64,000 nt of DNA, from assembly GCA_963674595.2 (NCBI GenBank), contig CAXXFV010000023.1:864001-928000 (forward strand), in the 5' to 3' direction. The notes beneath the pieces were generated by a model. That model did not search any database. It had not been told where the DNA came from and saw only the letters and a program-made list of their open reading frames with translations. This DNA comes from a bacterium. Lineage in GTDB: Bacteria > Zhuqueibacterota > Zhuqueibacteria > Residuimicrobiales > Krinioviventaceae. A program made the translations under genes and the position numbers. Shown piece after piece: positions 39,774-50,083 of the stretch; position 1 is the stretch's first letter; every line of letters starts with the position of its first letter.

Positions 39774-41394
39774 TAGCCCTTAAACGCTGTTCGATCCGGC
39801 TGAAAGGAATCTCGCCTCCATCCAGCAGATGTTCATGAAACCTCCCCAATCCCAGCCCGAATCCAAACTTATTCCTCAATTCCCTGATTTCATAGCTGCC
39901 CAGGCAGTAGCAGAGCTGATAGCCGGGATTCAGGCGGAACCTGTCAATCTGGACCAATGCTTCCCGTTCAGTAAAGCCCACTTTCTGAAGAAGTTCAGTG
40001 GATCCCCCCCTGTCCAGTTTACCGGTCGCTGTCCCAACATCAATCTGGCAGCGGGCCGCTCTCCAGAGCCGCCTCCTGAAATCGATTAACCTGTCTTCCG
40101 GCTCTATAACATATTCATAATCTGACAAAAGGGTTTCAGCATATGAAGCCCAACCTTCATAAAACAAGGGAGATTCAATCTGCCTCCTCACTGGATTCTC
40201 CAGTCTCCGGCGTTTTCTATCCAGGAGATAATGCCCCGGAATGGTCTCATGGGCTGTAAGAAACCGGAATTCTCTGTGCAGTCTCCGGGCATACCGCTCC
40301 CCCTCAGACCCATCCCCGCCGGATCTCCCGGTTGTTATATGAAAGTAATCAGTTTCACCCTTTCCATCAGCCAGGGAGGCGGCAAAGGAGGCTGAGCCGC
40401 GGACTGATCTGAGATAGGCAGGTGTTTCGGTTACGCGCAAAGCAGAATATTGGCTGCTGTCAGCCAGGCCCTGCTGCCTGAAAAAAACCTCTATCCTTTC
40501 AGCCTCGCTGCTGTACCGGGAAATAATCCCTTCATTTCCCGGGTTATCCGGGACTATTTTTTCGTAGACTTCCTGCCAGGGAAGATCCGGTTCTATTTCT
40601 TTTCCCACGGCTTCAAGGTTTTCCAGGTTTTCATTCCAGTCATCCAGGCCGATCTGGAAAATCTCATCAAGGGACCTCCCACACTTGAAGTGATCCCTCA
40701 GGGAGGACTCAATTGTATCTGTGAAAAAATGATCGTCAGGACATGGTTTCACAGATAATAAAAACTTTCTGAATTCCTCGACAACTCCGGTCGCCCTTTT
40801 TGACCAGGCCCCTGGCCTGGATCCCTGACTCATTTCAAGACCCGCCAGTGCCGCGCTGCTTTCAAGATATCGCTTACAGTCAGCAATCATCGAAACTGCG
40901 TACCCATAATAAGACTCCGGGACCGTGACCAGGTTCTCAATGCCCTGGTTTAGAAGGGTCGGAATCGCATCGAGCCTGCTCAAGACACGTTCAACAAGTT
41001 CTTTCGATGATTCCGCCGGTTTATTAAGAGCATGGTCCAGGCCTATAAAAACTATTTTCAGGTACAAAAGGGGGTTGTTTCGATAGGATTCCCTGGCTTC
41101 AAACTCCACAAGGAAACCATCAATATTGGCAATAAGCATTTCCAGGTCTATCCGCTCTTCAAGGCCCAGGCCCTCCCGGGATCCAATAGCTGAAAAACCG
41201 GCCCGGAAATGCTTCAGTTCATCAATGGCATCCTTGATTGAACCGGCATCAAGGATATCCAGCCTATCGTAGTATTTCGCGGCGTCCCAGGCCCTGGGAA
41301 GGAAGTGAAATTCATCGCTGGCGCACATCACCGGAAATCTCTTGGCTACGAACGCAAAATACTGCTCTGCGAGCTTGTTCAACATTAGACTCAC
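39754..41394 (-). CDS. DUF885 family metallopeptidase-like protein
   Basis: AHETIPGH, FYEGWASYAE, LWRAARCQIDVG, PGYQLCY. Confidence 0.88.
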   Translation of the reverse strand: MSLMLNKLAEQYFAFVAKRFPVMCASDEFHFLPRAWDAAKYYDRLDILDAGSIKDAIDELKHFRAGFSAIGSREGLGLEERIDLEMLIANIDGFLVEFEARESYRNNPLLYLKIVFIGLDHALNKPAESSKELVERVLSRLDAIPTLLNQGIENLVTVPESYYGYAVSMIADCKRYLESSAALAGLEMSQGSRPGAWSKRATGVVEEFRKFLLSVKPCPDDHFFTDTIESSLRDHFKCGRSLDEIFQIGLDDWNENLENLEAVGKEIEPDLPWQEVYEKIVPDNPGNEGIISRYSSEAERIEVFFRQQGLADSSQYSALRVTETPAYLRSVRGSASFAASLADGKGETDYFHITTGRSGGDGSEGERYARRLHREFRFLTAHETIPGHYLLDRKRRRLENPVRRQIESPLFYEGWASYAETLLSDYEYVIEPEDRLIDFRRRLWRAARCQIDVGTATGKLDRGGSTELLQKVGFTEREALVQIDRFRLNPGYQLCYCLGSYEIRELRNKFGFGLGLGRFHEHLLDGGEIPFSRIEQRLRAIEKTDK

Positions 41395-41482
41395 CGGCTC
41401 CGGAAATTACTTCAGGATTGACAACCCATTAATTATTGAACCATAAAACCATAAAGGAATCAGTAATTTCCGACGAAACCAA

Positions 41483-42466
41483 TCAATAATACTGCCGGTG
41501 GCAGCATCGGTAGCAAACCGGATGGGAAATGCCGTTTCTCTGGATGTTCTGCCTGAATTTCCTTTGCGCCTTGCTGTTCCATATCCTGTTGAGCTTTTCA
41601 TTTTTGGCGTTGCCGATAACCGCTTCAATCTCTTCACAGGCTATGACATCCCCATTGGGCTGAATAAAAAGCACCAGCCACGGCAAGACACATTTATTCC
41701 GGTTCAGGGGGAATTCAGGATTGAGGTAGTAGTCCTCGATATCCTTTATTTTGATATCGGGGAAAAAAAGCACAGGCTTACGCAACTTGCCCTGTTTTAG
41801 TTCTGTCACCTGTTTCTTCAGGAGTACCGGATCAATTCCAGGGTCCCTGTCCTTTGTGAAGATAGCATGCTGAAGGGTGATACAGCGGGCATGACTTCCC
41901 TGAAATCTTTCAACTATTTCTATCAGGCTCCCCTGGTTTTCAGTGTTAATGGGGCAAGCCAGGTTTATATACATCCTGTTATCCCGGTCGAGATCTCTAA
42001 AGAGATCCAGGGCGGAAACCTGCTCCTCGAAATTCATGGTGTTCAGGGACATGTTGATTTCCATCCGGGCGCCGCTGTCGACAAGAGGTTCAACAAGATC
42101 CTTCAGGCCGACACCATTGGTGGTCATGGAAAGCCGGTATCCTTCACCGGAGAGATATCTCACAATCTCAAAAAAATCACTGTTGATTGTAGGCTCACCG
42201 CCAAAAAGGTGTATCCGGGGTTTTCGCCAGAAAGAACGCCTGATATTTTTCTCAATCAGCTTTATATCCTCTAGGGTCATATCAGGATGGGTGCTTCTCC
42301 GGTCTCGAGACTGGAAACAAAACGGGCAGCTGAGGTTACACCGGTAGGTTAGGATCATAAAAACGGCCAGGGGTGGAATCGGACTGTATCCGCCAAACAG
42401 CCTCACCACATCAAGCAGCTTCCCGGCGCGCGTATTAATAAAATTCTGCTGTTCTTTCAAGTTCAT
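41483..42466 (-). CDS. Radical SAM protein with SPASM/twitch domain
   Basis: CNLSCPFC, GGEP, TTNG, CVLPW..IQPNGDVIAC, CYRCC. Confidence 0.9.
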   Translation of the reverse strand: MNLKEQQNFINTRAGKLLDVVRLFGGYSPIPPLAVFMILTYRCNLSCPFCFQSRDRRSTHPDMTLEDIKLIEKNIRRSFWRKPRIHLFGGEPTINSDFFEIVRYLSGEGYRLSMTTNGVGLKDLVEPLVDSGARMEINMSLNTMNFEEQVSALDLFRDLDRDNRMYINLACPINTENQGSLIEIVERFQGSHARCITLQHAIFTKDRDPGIDPVLLKKQVTELKQGKLRKPVLFFPDIKIKDIEDYYLNPEFPLNRNKCVLPWLVLFIQPNGDVIACEEIEAVIGNAKNEKLNRIWNSKAQRKFRQNIQRNGISHPVCYRCCHRQYY

Positions 42467-42716
42467 AGTATTCCAACAGATCCCAATGATAAGGCAGGCA
42501 AGAGATGGTTAAAACCCTTTACCTAATTATTTCAGGTCTGGTTTCTGTAAAGGATCAGATAGGATAGCAGCCAGTAAGCGGATTCTTGCATGTCAAACAA
42601 CTGACATTCTGACATTTACCATCCAGCACGGCTGATCATCGATAGATTCCCCGAAAAGAGAATCGAAATGGTTGGAAAAATCCTTATTGCGCTTTTTGCT
42701 CCCCGGACCAGGAGAA

Positions 42717-43376
42717 TCATTGAGAACTGCTGATAGTTTCCAGGACAGTGTCCAGCTTTTCAGACTCCAGCAAAAGCTTGATTATCCTGCCCTCCAGAGG
42801 TTTGTAGTACCTCCCTCCAGTAACTATCTTCTTTGAGAAGTCAATTTCATCACTTTTGAATTTTTCAATCACTTCATCAAAAACGGGCAGAATCAGGCTA
42901 AGCATTTGTTTTTCATTAAACCTGTAGCTTTCCTGGTAATTGATCGGAAATCTTCTCTGGGACACAACCCGTCCGGCGTCGATCTTTTCATTCATCACGT
43001 GAGCACTTACCCCGCCCTGTCTCTCACGGTTTAAAACAGCTTGGGGAAGGGGGTGTCTCCCCCTGTAGTATGGCAGGATTCCTGAGTGAATATTTATTAT
43101 CTTCCTGTCAAGGTATTCAATGATTTCTGGGGGAACAATGATTCCAAAACTACAGACAATGGTCAGGGAAGGGGGCGGTGCAGAAAACACCTTCTCAATC
43201 AAATCGCTTTTTGTTTCAATGAATGCATGCTTCACCTGGTTTTCCTCGGCAAAACCCGTCAGCTCTTTCGGACATTTGTCTTTTTCAAAGATGAATCGTG
43301 AAATGCCCTTGCTATATTTCGATATGACAATTTCACTTACCCTTCCCCAGTAACATATATCAGTGTTGTTTTTCAT
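42717..43376 (-). CDS. Formyltransferase family protein
   Basis: INIHSGILPYYRG, H..NEKIDAG. Confidence 0.85.
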   Translation of the reverse strand: MKNNTDICYWGRVSEIVISKYSKGISRFIFEKDKCPKELTGFAEENQVKHAFIETKSDLIEKVFSAPPPSLTIVCSFGIIVPPEIIEYLDRKIINIHSGILPYYRGRHPLPQAVLNRERQGGVSAHVMNEKIDAGRVVSQRRFPINYQESYRFNEKQMLSLILPVFDEVIEKFKSDEIDFSKKIVTGGRYYKPLEGRIIKLLLESEKLDTVLETISSSQ

Positions 43377-43413
43377 ACAGTTCTATAGATTCGGCATAAC
43401 CTCCGGCCTTCAG

Positions 43414-44121
43414 TCAACTCCTTAGGGAGGGACAAGAATTCCGTATGTAGCTGGAAGCGAGGGGCCCACAATTGAAAATCAGATCCATAATGGAAACCTG
43501 GTGGTCAAATACTCCATGCAGTTGCTTGTATTCCGGATATTCATACCTCATGTATTCGATTGCGATATCGTTTTCTCTGAATTTTTCTGGATCGATATAA
43601 CTCCTGGCCGAGGGGCCAGAGACATAGCAACGGGCACCCAGCCTTTTACATATTGCTATTATCTTTTGCTCCTTCCCCTCAGAGACAGGAATCTCTGCCA
43701 TTGTTATGAATTCAGTCCTGATGCCAAGGATTTCACAGAGCAGTTTAGTCGAAAAGATGTTTAATTCAGAGAGCTTTTCCCATTTGTTTTCGAGGTAGAT
43801 ATTGTCAATGATCCACCGGTACTCGTCAAAGAAAGGGGCTTTTGCATAATTGACCTGAAATGCGCAGTGGTGCTTTCTCTGCCAATTGTAACTCGTTTCG
43901 ATTACCACATCTGACAATTTCTGTCTGAATCTTCCTTTAGTTTTTACCGGTACTGTGATCCACTTGGGCCCGTGACAGGTTTTAATCCTGTTCCGATTTC
44001 TCCAGTCACCTTTCGTGTATTGGACTCCTTCATAGAACACAAAGGTATCGACTCTGTTAATCAGGTCAAAAACCCCCTTCCAGGGAAGGTAATTGGACTG
44101 TAATATTGCTGTCCTGCCCAT
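43414..44121 (-). CDS. WbqC family protein
   Basis: ILQSNYLPWKG, WRNRNRIKT, YVSGPSA, SIMDLIFNCG. Confidence 0.9.
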   Translation of the reverse strand: MGRTAILQSNYLPWKGVFDLINRVDTFVFYEGVQYTKGDWRNRNRIKTCHGPKWITVPVKTKGRFRQKLSDVVIETSYNWQRKHHCAFQVNYAKAPFFDEYRWIIDNIYLENKWEKLSELNIFSTKLLCEILGIRTEFITMAEIPVSEGKEQKIIAICKRLGARCYVSGPSARSYIDPEKFRENDIAIEYMRYEYPEYKQLHGVFDHQVSIMDLIFNCGPLASSYIRNSCPSLRS

Positions 44122-44504
44122 AAGGTTCTCTTTTACTTTTTTCCCGATATTACGGCTGCATAAATCCCTGGTTTGATTGTCGGGCACACCCAAGACCCTA
44201 TCCGAACATCCTTAAAGCTCCAGGCACCTTTCCGGCCCTGTCATACATTAGGTCCTGTTGTTCTTTTAGATTCATGCCCTTCCGACAGGTCCCAATAATA
44301 CCGTACCAACAGCCTGTAATGAAAACCTAATTGATTTTTAAATCCTGGAATCCAGACGGGGAGGGATTAATGCCATGGGTATTGCCACTTATGTCTGTGT
44401 TTTGTCCCATTGACACCGAACCTGACGGCGTTTACTCTCTAGAAAGAACTGTTAAAAAAGGCCCATCGTAATGACGGCCAGATTTCCCGGAAAAGAGAAA
44501 ACCC

Positions 44505-47300
44505 ATGATAAACAGAAGCCTGATCGCAACAGTTATAATCACAATGATTTCGATTGCACCTCTCCTTGCCGACCAGTCTATCGATACTGAAGCAACCCAA
44601 AAAATAAAAGAGTACACCACTGATCCCCAGTACCTCACTCCTCTGGTGGACCACCTGCCCGCGTCAGAAAACGTTCCCGCTCCCCATGAAGTCCTGGGTT
44701 ACGTTACCGGAGCTCCCGGCCACATGACCTATTACCGGGATATTGTCCGTTATTACAGGGAACTGGAAGAGGCCAGCGGCAGGGTTAAAATCTTCGAGGT
44801 CGGGAAAAGCCATGGAGGCAATACAATGATTGCCGTTGTTGTCGGGAGTGAAGACAGCATCACCAATCTGGACAGATACCGGTCCAATACCAAAAAGCTG
44901 TCTGATCCCCGCCTCTGCGATGAAGCGCAGATGAAAACTCTTCTCAAAGAAACCAAACCAATCTACATGCTCACCGGAGGGCTGCATTCACCGGAAACGG
45001 GAAGCCCGGAAATGCTCATGGAAATGGCCTTCCGCCTGGTGGTTGAAGACAGCCCGATGATCAGGGAAATCCGTGAAAACGTGATAACAGTTATCATTCC
45101 GGTCCTGGAAACTGACGGCTGGAACCGGCAGGTGGACTGGTACTACCGCCACACCAAAAAATTTGGGGAAGATGAGTGGGACGACATACCTCGCACATCT
45201 CCTCCATTCTGGGGGAAATACACCGTTCATGACAATAACCGTGACGGCATAATGCTGAGCCAGCCTTTGTCCAAAAACATGAACAAGACCTTTTTCATGT
45301 TTCATCCGCAGGTTGTGCATGACCTGCATGAAAGCATTCCCATTCTCTACATAAGCACAGGAACCGGACCCTACTATCCGACAATGAGCCCGATTGTACG
45401 GAATGAATGGCAATGGCTGGCCTTTAATGAGGTGACCCGCATGACCAGCCTGGGCGTGCCAGGTGTCTGGACCTGGGGCTTCTTTACCGGATGGTTTCCG
45501 GGTTACGGGGCCTGGCCGGGAAATAACCACAACGCCATCAGCCGCTTCTATGAGACTTTCGGCAATGCCGGGGCCAACACCTACGAACGAATCATCAGCC
45601 AGACTCCCGGTGAGGGACGGACTTCCGAGGAATGGTACCGGCCCCTTCCGCCGCCGGCCAAGACACTCTGGAGCCTGAGAAACAACACCAATATAATGCA
45701 GAGCGCCTGCCTGGTGGCCCTGGAATTCACAGCACGCCACCGGGACACAATCCTGGAGAATTTCTGGAAGAAAGGACACAACTCCATATTGAAGGGTGAG
45801 TCGGAAAAGCCATATGCCTGGATCATTCCCACAAAACAGAATGATCCGCTTGCCGCCCGGCGCATGCTGGATATTTTCAGGATGCACGGCATCGAGATTC
45901 AACAACTGACTGAAGATTTTTCAGTGGATGAGACCGGCTATCCTGCCGGAAGCCTGGTTGTACGGATGGACCAGCCTTACCGCAATTTTGCCAAAACCCT
46001 GCTTGAAAAGCAGGAATGGCCGGAAAAAAGCACAACCCGTCCCTATGACGCGACAACCTGGACCATCAGCTTGATGCTGGGAGTCGAGACTTCCTGTATT
46101 GAAGATGAATCCATACTGCAGGCGCCCATGCGAATGCTCGACATTGATCCTTTCAAGGGGGAACTGCAGGAAGTATCCTCCCCAACGCGGATAGTGATCC
46201 CGCCCCAGGGAAATGCGACTCTGGCTGCCGTCCTGGCCCTTCAGGGAGAAGATATCAGGATTACAGACGAGGATATTGAAACGGAAGAGAGCATCATCCC
46301 TGCCGGCAGCCTGGTTCTCGGTGCTGAATCCAGAAGCAAAATCGAGAAGCTCTGCAGTGAATCAGGGATCAAAGCTATCGCGGTTAACCGGGAGATCCCT
46401 GCCGCCCGCAAGCTGGCCCTGCCCAGGCTGGGGCTTTATTCCGCCTGGTTCACAACCCAGGACCCCGGATGGGCCAGATACGCGTTGGACGCCGCCGGGA
46501 TTCCCTGGACCTGGATTACTAAAGAACGGGTTCGCCAAGGCGGGCTGAACAGTGCATTCGATGTAATAATTGTTCCCCACCATGGAGGACGAACCAGCGG
46601 CCTCGCCTTCCTGCGGGGCATTGACTCGCGTCACAGCCCTCTCGACTATAAACGGACCGAGGAATTTCAGTTCCTCGGCTCCCCGGTTGAATCAGGAGAC
46701 ATAACCGGGGGACTGGGACTGGAGGGGCTGGCGGAGATCGAAGGATTCGTCAATGAAGGGGGAATCCTGATCACCCTGGGATCGGGAAGCCGTTTGGTCA
46801 CCGACTTCGGAATGCTTTCCGGCGTGACTGCCAGGTCAGCGTCCGACCTGGTCTGTCCCGGAACCCTGGTTTCCGGCTGGGTAAGGCAGGAGAACAATCC
46901 TGTCGTTTATGGGATCAGCGAACATCCGGCTATTTACCAGAGCAGCATGCCGGTATTTGAAGTGGCTAAACACCTTCGTTCGTCTGTTGTAATGCAGTTC
47001 GGCACCGAACTTCCCAAGGATGTTATGAACGAGATGAGTGATGAAGACAAAAAAGCGCACAAAAATATGCAGAAGGAACACTCATTAAGAATCAGCGGGC
47101 TTCTGAAAGGCGAAAAAACACTGGACGGAACAGCCGCGATTGTCGATGCCCCGCTTGGCAAGGGCCGGGTTGTTCTCTTTGCCTATAATCCTCTATATCG
47201 CTGGATGAGCCAGGCCAGTTTCCCAATGGTATTCAATGCCATACTCAACTGGGATGCTCCGGGAAACCTGGGGAGCCAGCCCAGCCAGGATGGGATGTGA
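44505..47300 (+). CDS. Secreted M14 zinc carboxypeptidase family protein
   Basis: GLHSPE, DNNRD, DLHE; signal peptide. Confidence 0.88.
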   Translation: MINRSLIATVIITMISIAPLLADQSIDTEATQKIKEYTTDPQYLTPLVDHLPASENVPAPHEVLGYVTGAPGHMTYYRDIVRYYRELEEASGRVKIFEVGKSHGGNTMIAVVVGSEDSITNLDRYRSNTKKLSDPRLCDEAQMKTLLKETKPIYMLTGGLHSPETGSPEMLMEMAFRLVVEDSPMIREIRENVITVIIPVLETDGWNRQVDWYYRHTKKFGEDEWDDIPRTSPPFWGKYTVHDNNRDGIMLSQPLSKNMNKTFFMFHPQVVHDLHESIPILYISTGTGPYYPTMSPIVRNEWQWLAFNEVTRMTSLGVPGVWTWGFFTGWFPGYGAWPGNNHNAISRFYETFGNAGANTYERIISQTPGEGRTSEEWYRPLPPPAKTLWSLRNNTNIMQSACLVALEFTARHRDTILENFWKKGHNSILKGESEKPYAWIIPTKQNDPLAARRMLDIFRMHGIEIQQLTEDFSVDETGYPAGSLVVRMDQPYRNFAKTLLEKQEWPEKSTTRPYDATTWTISLMLGVETSCIEDESILQAPMRMLDIDPFKGELQEVSSPTRIVIPPQGNATLAAVLALQGEDIRITDEDIETEESIIPAGSLVLGAESRSKIEKLCSESGIKAIAVNREIPAARKLALPRLGLYSAWFTTQDPGWARYALDAAGIPWTWITKERVRQGGLNSAFDVIIVPHHGGRTSGLAFLRGIDSRHSPLDYKRTEEFQFLGSPVESGDITGGLGLEGLAEIEGFVNEGGILITLGSGSRLVTDFGMLSGVTARSASDLVCPGTLVSGWVRQENNPVVYGISEHPAIYQSSMPVFEVAKHLRSSVVMQFGTELPKDVMNEMSDEDKKAHKNMQKEHSLRISGLLKGEKTLDGTAAIVDAPLGKGRVVLFAYNPLYRWMSQASFPMVFNAILNWDAPGNLGSQPSQDGM

Positions 47301-47319
47301 ACCAATAAATGAACCGTCA

Positions 47320-47347
47320 ATCAGCGGTCCAGGACCGGGCCGCTGAT
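47320..47347. terminator. Hairpin between convergent genes
   Basis: ATCAGCGGTCC...GGGCCGCTGAT. Confidence 0.5.
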
Positions 47348-47427
47348 CACTCCCAAGTCATATTCAAACGAAACTGTGGGCGGAAATTTTTGAAACGCTT
47401 CCTGTAAAGCCCCGGGAATTCCCCTAT

Positions 47428-48555
47428 CTACTCTTCTTCGGTCAAATCCTCATCGCCAGGATGGTTTTTCTCCATGCAGCTGGGACAGATCCCATGGCTG
47501 AATTCCGCCTCTGTATGTTTTGAAACATAAGCGTCGACCTGGTTCCAGTATCCCTGGTCATCCCTTATTTTCTTACAATATGAACAGATGGGAACGATGC
47601 CTTTGAGCGTTTCAATTCTTTTTTGATAAGACGATATGCTCACGTATACAAGAGCTAGAACAACTAGCGTGATCAAAAAACAGATGCCAAGATTGATCAG
47701 CAGGGTAGTGAAAATTCGCCTGGTTACCTGGTCTTCGGACTGCTCCACAATAAGATGCCAGCCTAATTCAGATATATAACGGGTATTTATATGAAGAACA
47801 TCATTTCCGTTTTTATACTTAAAATATTCTTCGTCGAGGGTAAGCACTGAATCCCTGTATTCTGGACTTAATCTCCCGCTGAAGACATTATCTATAGCTT
47901 TAGGGAAATCGGATCCCGCAAGCTTAACGTCACCAATCTCATCTATAAAATAAATACTTCTGTCATATTTCTCCTGATACTCCTCAATCAGCTCCCTTAC
48001 GGCATTGACTGCCAGGCCTACGCCCGCGGCTCCTATATAATTACCCTGATAGTCCCGCACCTGATAGTTCACAAAAATTGTTGTAGTATCCTCGTTGGCC
48101 ATATCAGGATCGACATTGATTTCATAATCATCCGTCATCTTCCTGACCCTGAAATACCAGACATCCCGCTCTTCATCGGGGGAGACTTCCTTTAGAATCC
48201 CTTCGGCATAATAGTATTTACGGGATTTCTCGGAAACAAAAAAACTGGTGAGGGTTTTGTACTTTGTTTTGATTTCACTCAGGTATTTAACGATTCTGCC
48301 TTCATCGATCTCCCCTGCAATAATCCAGTCCTTTAAAAAAGTGTCATTGGCCATCAACGACGAAATGAATACAGGGCGGAACAGATCCCTCTGAATTTCG
48401 GAATAGATATTGTCGCTTGTCAGCGGCAGGGCAGTGGATGAAATCTCAGATCGCAGGGACTCGACGGAAACATAGTAACTGGCAAGGCTGGTGATCAGGA
48501 AACCAACGATCAGCAGCAGGCTGATAACGGCAATCAGTCTTTTTTCTTTTGTCAT
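47428..48555 (-). CDS. Cache-type sensor (TM-periplasmic-TM) with C-terminal CxxC...HGICPxC domain
   Basis: LPLTSDNIYSEIQRDL, RDVWYF, YIGAAGVG; IVPICSYCKKIRDDQGYWNQV...FSHGICPSC. Confidence 0.85.
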   Translation of the reverse strand: MTKEKRLIAVISLLLIVGFLITSLASYYVSVESLRSEISSTALPLTSDNIYSEIQRDLFRPVFISSLMANDTFLKDWIIAGEIDEGRIVKYLSEIKTKYKTLTSFFVSEKSRKYYYAEGILKEVSPDEERDVWYFRVRKMTDDYEINVDPDMANEDTTTIFVNYQVRDYQGNYIGAAGVGLAVNAVRELIEEYQEKYDRSIYFIDEIGDVKLAGSDFPKAIDNVFSGRLSPEYRDSVLTLDEEYFKYKNGNDVLHINTRYISELGWHLIVEQSEDQVTRRIFTTLLINLGICFLITLVVLALVYVSISSYQKRIETLKGIVPICSYCKKIRDDQGYWNQVDAYVSKHTEAEFSHGICPSCMEKNHPGDEDLTEEE

Positions 48556-48779
48556 ATTATAAATAACCAATCGATACAAAAAAAAGGAATGCACAAGAAT
48601 ACATCATCTATATGGTCTTCTATCAGCGATTTATGGACATCTCAAGAAAGCGGTCCGGGAGCAATCCAGATTAAATCCCCGTAATTTTGGGCAAAATACG
48701 GCCCGTGAATGTCCAGGATTTTTAAATGGGGCCGCGATCTCCCTTTTGGAGAGGACGGGTTGGTGAATCCCCCGAAACT

Positions 48780-49811
48780 TCAGGGGAAAAATACCATTTT
48801 CCGCTTTTCCTCATCCCATAATTTCAGATGGGGGCAGGATAGGCTTTCCAGGAGTGTTACCGGTCTTTCTATCTGCACCACGGGAACCGAATCGTAACAC
48901 CTTTTGAGATTATAATTGGGAATTAACGGATTAAGGTGGTGTATATGGTGATAACCGATATTACCTGAACACCAGCGCAGTATGGCAGGCATCCGGTAGA
49001 AGGAACATCCTTCCATTGAGGCTTTCCACCTGTCCCAGTCCTCTCCCCTGGCCCAATATCCATTGGAAAACTGGTGCTGTACGTAAAACAGCCAGATTCC
49101 CGCCGCACCGGCCATCCAGATCACCGGTATCTGTATCAGGAAATAAGTCCACAATCCAATAAACTGGGCTGCCGAAAAGACCAGCGCCAGTATCAGCAGA
49201 TTTGTGAACATGACGCTTACTATTACTTTTTTACCCGCCCTGCGGTCTGGATACCTGTTGATGATCAGGAACAGAATTAAACCACCCAGGAAAAACAATA
49301 CCACTGGATTTCGGTAAAGCCTGTAAAGGCCACGCCTCCATTTCGATAATTTCCTGTATTCGGCTACCGTCAGTGTCCAGACATCGCCATATCCGCGCTC
49401 ATCCAGGTTGGCAAAGGAAACATGATGCCTGAGATGGTTGTACCGCCACTCCGCGAAGTCAGTAAACACGAGGACACCGCAAATGTAGCCAAAAAAGCTG
49501 TTGGCTTTCTTCGAGCTGAAAAAGGAACCGTGCGCGCAGTCGTGAAAAAAAATAAAAATCCTGACCAGGAAAGCGGCAGCGGGCACTGCCAGCAGTAATG
49601 TCCATAAATAGGAATATCCCAGCTCGACTGATCTGATCATCAGGTACCAGGTACAAAAATACAGTACCAGCGTGGATGTCAACTGCCAGATGGCTTTCCA
49701 GTTTTCGGATTGCCGGAACGGTGCCAACATCCTGTAAATATCAGATATCGAAATGCCGGGATTCCTCCCGTTTGTCGAATTTTCGATCCTGTTTGGATTA
49801 TCCTCAGTCAT
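48780..49811 (-). CDS. Membrane fatty acid desaturase (Bacillus Des-like)
   Basis: His boxes HDCAH, HLRHH, HHIHH. Confidence 0.92.
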   Translation of the reverse strand: MTEDNPNRIENSTNGRNPGISISDIYRMLAPFRQSENWKAIWQLTSTLVLYFCTWYLMIRSVELGYSYLWTLLLAVPAAAFLVRIFIFFHDCAHGSFFSSKKANSFFGYICGVLVFTDFAEWRYNHLRHHVSFANLDERGYGDVWTLTVAEYRKLSKWRRGLYRLYRNPVVLFFLGGLILFLIINRYPDRRAGKKVIVSVMFTNLLILALVFSAAQFIGLWTYFLIQIPVIWMAGAAGIWLFYVQHQFSNGYWARGEDWDRWKASMEGCSFYRMPAILRWCSGNIGYHHIHHLNPLIPNYNLKRCYDSVPVVQIERPVTLLESLSCPHLKLWDEEKRKMVFFP

Positions 49812-50083
49812 AATCATAATCCTTAACGACTGATTCCTGTTTTGGAAGATTCGAGCTTCATTCAATGAAACTCAACAGGAGCAAAAAAACAAGTCTGGAA
49901 ATGCAGGCTGGATTATCAATTAACAGTATTATCCAGACTACTGTTTATCTTACCAAATTCAGAAAGAATGTCTATTGATTACAAAAACATATGAGTCACT
50001 TATTGCTGTAATTGATAAGCTTTTGGATGGTACTATTTAAATTAAGCTAAAGTGCATTATCAATAATCCTGCAAAGGAAAAAT

